Positions 58,650-64,000 of a stretch of DNA of 64,000 bases are shown here, piece after piece; position 1 is the stretch's first letter, and each line of letters opens with the position of its first letter. The DNA lies in assembly GCA_034722015.1 (NCBI GenBank), contig JAYENI010000157.1, positions 11 to 64,010 of the forward strand, given 5' to 3'. The position numbers were made by a program, and so were the translations under genes. The notes beneath the pieces were generated by a model. It saw only the letters and a program-made list of their open reading frames with translations, was not told where the DNA came from and ran no database searches. The DNA is from Pseudomonadota bacterium (GTDB taxonomy: Bacteria; Pseudomonadota; Gammaproteobacteria; JAJDOJ01).

Positions 58650-60968
58650 ATGATCGTCGCTGGCCAGACACGCGGACAAAAACTCGTGATCGACAAATAC
58701 GCCCGATTCCTGATTCGTTGGCGGTACCTCGTTATTGTCGCCACGCTGGCTGTGGTGGCTGTTCTGGCCAGCGGCGGGCGGTTCCTCCAGTTCACAAACG
58801 ATTACCGCGTCTTTTTCGGTGAGAGCAATCCGCAGCTCGAGGCGTTCGAGAACCTGCAGGACAGCTACACCAAGAACGACAATGTCCTGATCATGCTGTT
58901 GCCGTCCGACGGTGACGTCTTCTCGGGCGACACCCTCGAGGCAATCAAGGAACTCACGACCCGCGCCTGGCAGATCCCCTTTTCGATTCGGGTCGATTCC
59001 ATCGCCAATTTCCAGCATACCTCGGCGGACGGGGACGACCTGCTGGTCGAGGATCTCGTCGACGAGGTGGATGGGCTCTCCGATCAAGACCGGGAGACGA
59101 TCCGCGAAATCGCGCTCAGGGAACCGATACTGGTCAACCGCCTGGTCTCCCCCGACAGTCGTGCCGCGGCGGTCAACGTCACCGTCGAGCTGCCGGGGGT
59201 CGATCCGACCAACGAGGTCCCCGAGGTCGTGGCGTACGCGCGCTCGATCGTCGCCGATTTCGAGGCCCGTTACCCCGATATCGCGTTTCACGTCAGCGGT
59301 GTCGTGATGATGAACAACGCCTTCCCCGAGGCGAGCAAGGCCGACATGAGCCTGCTGGTTCCCCTCGCATTCGTGGTGATCGTCGTAAGCCTCGTCCTGT
59401 TCCTTCGCAATATCCCCGCAGCGATAGCCACGGTCATCGTCGTCATCTTATCCATCCTGGCGGCGATGGGGACCACGGGTTGGCTCGGCATCAAGCTCAC
59501 GCCCCCATCCGCCAGCGCTCCGACACTGATTCTCACCCTGGCGGTGGCCGACTGTGTCCATTTCCTGACGACATTCCTTCATTCGATGCGCGCCGGCGCG
59601 CAGCGCCACGACGCCGTTATCGAGAGTCTGCGAGTCAATTTTCATCCGATCTTTCTCACCTCTCTCACCACGATAATCGGTTTCCTGAGCCTGAATTTCA
59701 GTGACTCTCCACCGTTCCATGATCTCGGAAACATCACCGCGATCGGCGTCGCCTACGCCTTCGTACTCAGCGTGTTGTTTCTGCCTGCCTTCGTCGCGGT
59801 GCTTCCGGTCAGGGCGCGACGGGAGCCGGGTCTCGGCGGGGGCATGATGGGCCCACTGGCCGAGTTCGTGATTCGAAGGCGGCGCGCCCTGCTGATCGTG
59901 ATGGGTGTGATTTCCATCGCGTTGATCGCGCAGATCCCCCGCAATGAACTGAACGACGTTTTCGTCGAGTATTTCGATACCTCGATCGATTTCCGCAACG
60001 ATACCGACATGGTCACCGAACACCTGACCGGGCTCTACTTTATCGACTACTCGCTCGACAGCAAGGAGTCCGGCGGCATCAGCCGACCCGAATTCCTCGA
60101 GGCCGTCAAGCGCTTCACATTGTGGTTGCGTTCGCAGCCGGAGGTGATACACGTCAGTGCAATCACGGACATCTTCGAGCGGCTCAACAAGAACATGCAC
60201 GCCGACGACGAGGCGTGGTACCGCCTGCCGGAGCAGCGCGACCTCGCGGCCCAGTACCTGCTGCTGTACGAGATGTCACTGCCCTACGGGTTGGACCTGA
60301 ACAACCAGATCGACGTGGACAAGGCCAGCACGCGCCTGTCGGTCAGCATGCATACGATCTCAACGCGCGGCGTGATCGAATTCGAGTCACGAGCGAAGGA
60401 CTGGATGCAGGCCAACACACCGGATCTTGTCACCCAGGGCGCCAGTCCGACCGTGATGTTTTCCCACATCGGCGCACGGAATATTCGCAGCATGCTGTGG
60501 GGAACCACACTGGCGCTGGTGCTGATCTCACTGGTCCTCATCTTTGCGCTGCGGTCGCTGAAACTCGGGCTGATCAGTCTGGTGCCGAATCTGCTGCCCG
60601 CGGGCATTGCCTTCGGGATCTGGGGGATCTTTGTCGGCGAGATCGGTCTCGCCCTTTCGGTCGTGATGGGGATGACCCTGGGCATCGTGGTGGACGACAC
60701 GGTACATTTCCTCAGCAAGTATCTCAGGGCGAGGAGAGAACGGGGTTGCAACGCGGAGGACGCGGTGCGCTATGCGTTCTCCAGCGTAGGCATTGCGCTG
60801 TGGGTCACGACCGTGGTGCTGGTGGCCGGATTCCTGGTGTTGTCGCTGTCGGCCTTCGAACTCAATGCCGGGATGGGGCTGCTCACCGCCGTGACGATCA
60901 CAATCGCCCTGATCGTGGATTTCCTTCTGTTACCGCCCCTGTTGATGATCTTCAAGGAGGTCGCGTGA
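58650..60968 (+). CDS. RND-superfamily exporter (MMPL/COG1033-type, 12 TM with two large loops)
   Basis: 772 aa with duplicated 6-TM bundles and a sterol-sensing-like/MMPL topology. Confidence 0.7.
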   Translation: MIVAGQTRGQKLVIDKYARFLIRWRYLVIVATLAVVAVLASGGRFLQFTNDYRVFFGESNPQLEAFENLQDSYTKNDNVLIMLLPSDGDVFSGDTLEAIKELTTRAWQIPFSIRVDSIANFQHTSADGDDLLVEDLVDEVDGLSDQDRETIREIALREPILVNRLVSPDSRAAAVNVTVELPGVDPTNEVPEVVAYARSIVADFEARYPDIAFHVSGVVMMNNAFPEASKADMSLLVPLAFVVIVVSLVLFLRNIPAAIATVIVVILSILAAMGTTGWLGIKLTPPSASAPTLILTLAVADCVHFLTTFLHSMRAGAQRHDAVIESLRVNFHPIFLTSLTTIIGFLSLNFSDSPPFHDLGNITAIGVAYAFVLSVLFLPAFVAVLPVRARREPGLGGGMMGPLAEFVIRRRRALLIVMGVISIALIAQIPRNELNDVFVEYFDTSIDFRNDTDMVTEHLTGLYFIDYSLDSKESGGISRPEFLEAVKRFTLWLRSQPEVIHVSAITDIFERLNKNMHADDEAWYRLPEQRDLAAQYLLLYEMSLPYGLDLNNQIDVDKASTRLSVSMHTISTRGVIEFESRAKDWMQANTPDLVTQGASPTVMFSHIGARNIRSMLWGTTLALVLISLVLIFALRSLKLGLISLVPNLLPAGIAFGIWGIFVGEIGLALSVVMGMTLGIVVDDTVHFLSKYLRARRERGCNAEDAVRYAFSSVGIALWVTTVVLVAGFLVLSLSAFELNAGMGLLTAVTITIALIVDFLLLPPLLMIFKEVA

Positions 60969-61744
60969 TGAGACTCGCATGCGTGATGTTGATTCTGATG
61001 TCCCTGCCCGCAATGGCGGAAACCCCGGAAGAGAAGGGGCTCGCCATCGCGGTTGCCGCCGACGAGCGCGACGCGGGTTTCGGCGACTTCACCGCCGACA
61101 TGGTGATGACCCTCAAGAACCGCAAGGGCAAGACCAGCGTCAGGAACCTGAGGGTGAAGACCCTCGAGGTCCAGGGCGACGGGGACAGGAGCCTTTCCGT
61201 TTTCGATCGGCCGAGGGACGTCAAGAACACGGTGATGCTCACCTACGCACACGGACTCGAACCTGACGACCAATGGCTGTACCTGCCCGCGGTCAAGCGG
61301 GTCAAGCGCATCCACTCGAAGAACAAGTCAGGGCCGTTCATGGGCAGCGAGTTCGCCTTCGAGGACCTGGGGTCGCAGGAGGTCGAGAAGTACACCTACA
61401 AGTATCTGCGTGACGAGCCGTGCGCAGACGGGTGGCAGTGTTATGTCGTGGAGCGCTTTCCCGCCTACGAGCATTCCGGCTACACCCGGCAGGTGGGCTG
61501 GATCGACAAGGACGAGTACCGGCCCGTCAAGACCGAGTTCTACGATCGCAAAAACTCCCTGCTCAAGACCCTGGAGATGTCGGGATACCAGGAATACATC
61601 GGTCGCTACTGGCGACCCGACATCATGTCCATGCAGAACCACCAGACGGCGAAGTCCACACTGCTCGAATGGCAGGATTATCAGTTCGGGACCGGGCTTG
61701 GCGACCGGGACTTCAATCCGAACTCCCTGAGCCGGATGCGTTGA
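60968..61744 (+). CDS. LolA-like outer-membrane lipoprotein-sorting family protein (DUF1329-like)
   Basis: Signal peptide MRLACVMLILMSLPAMA. 1-nt overlap with the RND gene. The track ORF 60122..61744 is an upstream read-through in GC-rich DNA. Confidence 0.55.
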   Translation: MRLACVMLILMSLPAMAETPEEKGLAIAVAADERDAGFGDFTADMVMTLKNRKGKTSVRNLRVKTLEVQGDGDRSLSVFDRPRDVKNTVMLTYAHGLEPDDQWLYLPAVKRVKRIHSKNKSGPFMGSEFAFEDLGSQEVEKYTYKYLRDEPCADGWQCYVVERFPAYEHSGYTRQVGWIDKDEYRPVKTEFYDRKNSLLKTLEMSGYQEYIGRYWRPDIMSMQNHQTAKSTLLEWQDYQFGTGLGDRDFNPNSLSRMR

Positions 61745-61875
61745 CCCGCTCCGGGCCGTACACGGGGTGGACCGGGGGCCGCGGAATCCGTTCATGCCCC
61801 GGCGGCACCCGGCCGGTGGCTATGTTTCCCGGGAAGTTCGCGCGCGGAGGCCCGGCGGAGCGACGTCCGCAGTGG

Positions 61876-62038
61876 TAAAGCGATTACCGGAAAATGACAT
61901 ACCAGATTTTGCCGGATTTTCGGTCGTCATCAAGGCGCGACAACAGGCGCATCGTCGATCGATGGAACGGTTGTCGCAACACAAAGGACGGACGAAAAGA
62001 CAAGCAAGATGGTATGTCATTTGACAGAAATCGCCTAA
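61876..62038 (-). repeat. MITE-like TIR element, copy 11
   Basis: TAAAGCGATTACCGGAAAATGACATACC...GGTATGTCATTTGACAGAAATCGCCTAA. Contains in-frame ATGs continuous with the downstream DUF1302-like ORF. Confidence 0.85.
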
Positions 62039-63636
62039 GTCCGGGTCTGTTCAGCGGGATTGCCCTGAAGGACAGGCTGTCTGCGTCACCGTTAGGCGAT
62101 TGCCGGAAAATCGCCTTAGGGCTCCTGTTTGTCCTTGCGCTGTTCATGTCCCCTGCGGCCCGCGCGGGGATGGTCGACGAAGACACCTGGCTGGTGAAAG
62201 CGGGCGACACGGTGGAATCCGTATCGCGCGACTTCTATCCCGACGATCCGCAGATGGCGCTGCGGATGCAGCGCGAACTGGTCACCGGTAATCCGCAGAT
62301 CTTTCTCGACGTCGACGAGCCGTCCAGGCTGAACCCCGGGGACCGTCTGACGATACCGACATTTGCCTCCGGTCGCGCCAAAGAGCTCTTCGAGGCAGGG
62401 CTGCCCGAATCGGAACGGGACACCGACACCCTGGCGCCGGCTGCGCCTGTGGCCGCTTCGGAGGATCCCGACGTGGAGACCGGGGCCGCTGTCCCCTTTA
62501 TCTTCAGCGGCGAATGGTCCGGCAGTATCACGCCGGAGATCCAGTACTTCTGGGAGACCCCGAAGGCCGGTCCCGACTACAGCGTGGATCTCTCCCTGGC
62601 ATTTCAGCCGGAGTATTACCTGAGCTGGAAGAATGGCAATCAGGCGTTCAACTTCGTGCCGTTCTTCCGGATCGACCAGCGCGATTCCAACCGGACGCAC
62701 TTCGACGTTCGTGAACTCAGCTGGCTTGCGGTCAGTGGCGACTTCGAGTTCCTGTTCGGGGTCAGCAAGGTCTTCTGGGGGGTGACCGAGTTCGTCCACC
62801 TGGTGGATATCATCAACCAGACCGATGCGGTCGAGAACATCGACGGGGAGGAAAAGCTCGGCCAGCCCATGGCCCGGCTGATCTGGCTGCAGGACTGGGG
62901 ATCGCTTCAATTTTTCGTGCTGCCCTATTTTCGCGAGCGGACCTTCCCGGGGCCGGATGCGAGGCTGCGTACGGTGATACCCGTCGATACCGGCCAGACG
63001 CAGTTCGAGTCGGGGGCGAAGAACTGGCACGTGGATTTCGCCGTCCGCGGTACGACCATTCTGGGTCCGGTCGATGCCGCCCTGTCGCAGTTCGTCGGGA
63101 CCAGCCGCGATCCCGAATTTCTCCCCGGAGCGAACGCTGCCGGCCAGCCCGTGCTGATCCCGCGTTACAACCAGATGGCGCAGACAGGGCTGGAACTCCA
63201 GTCCATCCTCGGTGACTGGTTGTGGAAGTTCGAGGGGATCTACCAGAACAATCCGGTGGAGGATTTTTTCGCGGCCGTTGGGGGGTTCGAATACACGCTG
63301 GTCGGCATCTTCAGTTCCGCGATCGATCTCGGCATCGTCAGTGAGTACACTTACGATGGCCGCACGGAACGTCTCGTCTCGCCCTTCGACAACGATGTGT
63401 TTGTCGGAATGCGCCTGGCCTTCAACGACACGCAGAGTACGGAGATCCTGGCCGGCGGGTCCATCGACCTGACAACGGTCGCACGCACCTTCCGGGTTGA
63501 GGCCAGCCGGCGGTTCGGAGACAGCTGGAAGCTCGATCTCGAACTGCAGATCTTCGACAACGTCAGCGAGAAAGACCCGCTTTTCGGTCTGCAGGACGAC
63601 GATTTCGTGCGTCTGGATTTCGGCTATTTCTTCTGA
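62011..63636 (+). CDS. putative outer-membrane beta-barrel protein (DUF1302-like) with LysM-like N-domain
   Basis: Hydrophobic signal-like segment IALGLLFVLALFMSPAARA, then WLVKAGDTVESVSRDFY (LysM-like), then alternating aromatic beta-strand pattern and C-terminal FGYFF. The start is uncertain: the only in-frame ATGs upstream of the hydrophobic segment (62011, 61894) lie inside repeat copy 11. Confidence 0.5.
   Translation, partial: GMSFDRNRLSPGLFSGIALKDRLSASPLGDCRKIALGLLFVLALFMSPAARAGMVDEDTWLVKAGDTVESVSRDFYPDDPQMALRMQRELVTGNPQIFLDVDEPSRLNPGDRLTIPTFASGRAKELFEAGLPESERDTDTLAPAAPVAASEDPDVETGAAVPFIFSGEWSGSITPEIQYFWETPKAGPDYSVDLSLAFQPEYYLSWKNGNQAFNFVPFFRIDQRDSNRTHFDVRELSWLAVSGDFEFLFGVSKVFWGVTEFVHLVDIINQTDAVENIDGEEKLGQPMARLIWLQDWGSLQFFVLPYFRERTFPGPDARLRTVIPVDTGQTQFESGAKNWHVDFAVRGTTILGPVDAALSQFVGTSRDPEFLPGANAAGQPVLIPRYNQMAQTGLELQSILGDWLWKFEGIYQNNPVEDFFAAVGGFEYTLVGIFSSAIDLGIVSEYTYDGRTERLVSPFDNDVFVGMRLAFNDTQSTEILAGGSIDLTTVARTFRVEASRRFGDSWKLDLELQIFDNVSEKDPLFGLQDDDFVRLDFGYFF
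62092..62118. repeat. 27-bp TIR-only mini-copy (abutted termini, no internal region)
   Basis: TTAGGCGATTGCCGGAAAATCGCCTTA, i.e. left TIR fused to right TIR. It lies 53 bp after copy 11 and inside the 5' region of the DUF1302-like ORF. Confidence 0.6.
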
Positions 63637-63696
63637 CAGCGGTCAGTAGTCAGCTGAAGGCTGAATGCAAAGCGGAAACGCGACAGAGGTGCTGCC

Positions 63697-64000
63697 TTGA
63701 GACTGGAACACTGGGACCCCGAGGCCGATGGCGTGCTCGACGAGGCGGCCATGCGGCGAAAGCTCGAGTCGCAAGGCTACCGCGTGACACGCTACCACTA
63801 TCCACCCGGTACCGTTTTCTCCGAACACACGCACGGGGTGGACAAGATCGATGCGGTCCTGTCCGGTCGGTTCAGGATGACGATGGGCAGGCGGTCCGTG
63901 ATTCTGGAGGCCGGGGACATGCTGGAAGTGCCGAGCGGGGCGGTCCACAGCGCGGAAGTGATGGGCGGCGAAACCGTTGTCAGCCTGGACGCAATCCGGG
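63697..64000 (+). CDS. cupin-domain protein (5' partial, runs off window)
   Basis: Cupin motif G-x5-HxH-x3-E (PPGTVFSEHTHGVDKIDAVLSG) and P-x-G-x2-H (VPSGAVHSAEV). TTG start candidate at 63697 after AGGTG. Not in the ORF track because it is truncated. Confidence 0.4.
   Translation, partial: MRLEHWDPEADGVLDEAAMRRKLESQGYRVTRYHYPPGTVFSEHTHGVDKIDAVLSGRFRMTMGRRSVILEAGDMLEVPSGAVHSAEVMGGETVVSLDAIR

Noticed and set aside
60122-61744. 540-aa ORF spanning the 3' part of the RND gene region and the LolA-like gene
   Set aside because: Only the last 259 codons (from ATG 60968, preceded by the RND stop) have protein-like composition and a signal peptide. The upstream 280 codons are an out-of-frame read-through of the RND gene.

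Overview
This is a GC-rich (~65%) gammaproteobacterial chromosomal window, and I identified no rRNA, tRNA or CRISPR features in it. The gene order closely matches the Pseudomonas PA0392–PA0432 neighbourhood. It runs yggT-proC / yggS / pilT-pilU / pyrR-pyrB-pyrC' / ruvX-algH-tonB-gshB / pilGHIJ-chpA-chpC / rsmE-metF-ahcY-metK. A tkt-gap-pgk-pyk-fba block, glnK-amtB, bioD, and an RND-exporter/DUF1329/DUF1302-like triad follow. The 5' end carries an ECF sigma/anti-sigma/VWA-lipoprotein module, cmoAB, mtfA, cysQ-nudE and yrfG.

The most striking feature is not a gene. A ~160-bp dispersed repeat family with ~27-bp terminal inverted repeats and a nested internal palindrome occurs at least 11 times full-length, in both orientations, with one 27-bp TIR-only mini-copy and four or more TIR remnants. 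Every copy is intergenic. Several sit exactly at gene 3' ends so that the terminal TAA (or its complement TAG) of the repeat is the stop codon of the flanking gene. One TIR supplies the only plausible in-frame ATG for the downstream outer-membrane gene. I read this as a miniature inverted-repeat transposable element (MITE), a Correia-like element family.

Other points worth a second look:
- The Pil-Chp chemosensory locus lacks pilK and chpB, and its ChpA carries a near-identical 423-bp tandem Hpt-domain duplication.
- A third PilT paralogue has an acidic tail.
- An orphan DUF2384-like small-gene cluster sits among the repeats.
- A PyrK-like flavoprotein is appended to pyrBC'.
- A long tkt leader carries a perfect palindrome.

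Coordinates of gene starts are my best estimates. The supplied ORF track translates TTG/GTG starts as M, so several starts were moved to internal ATGs.
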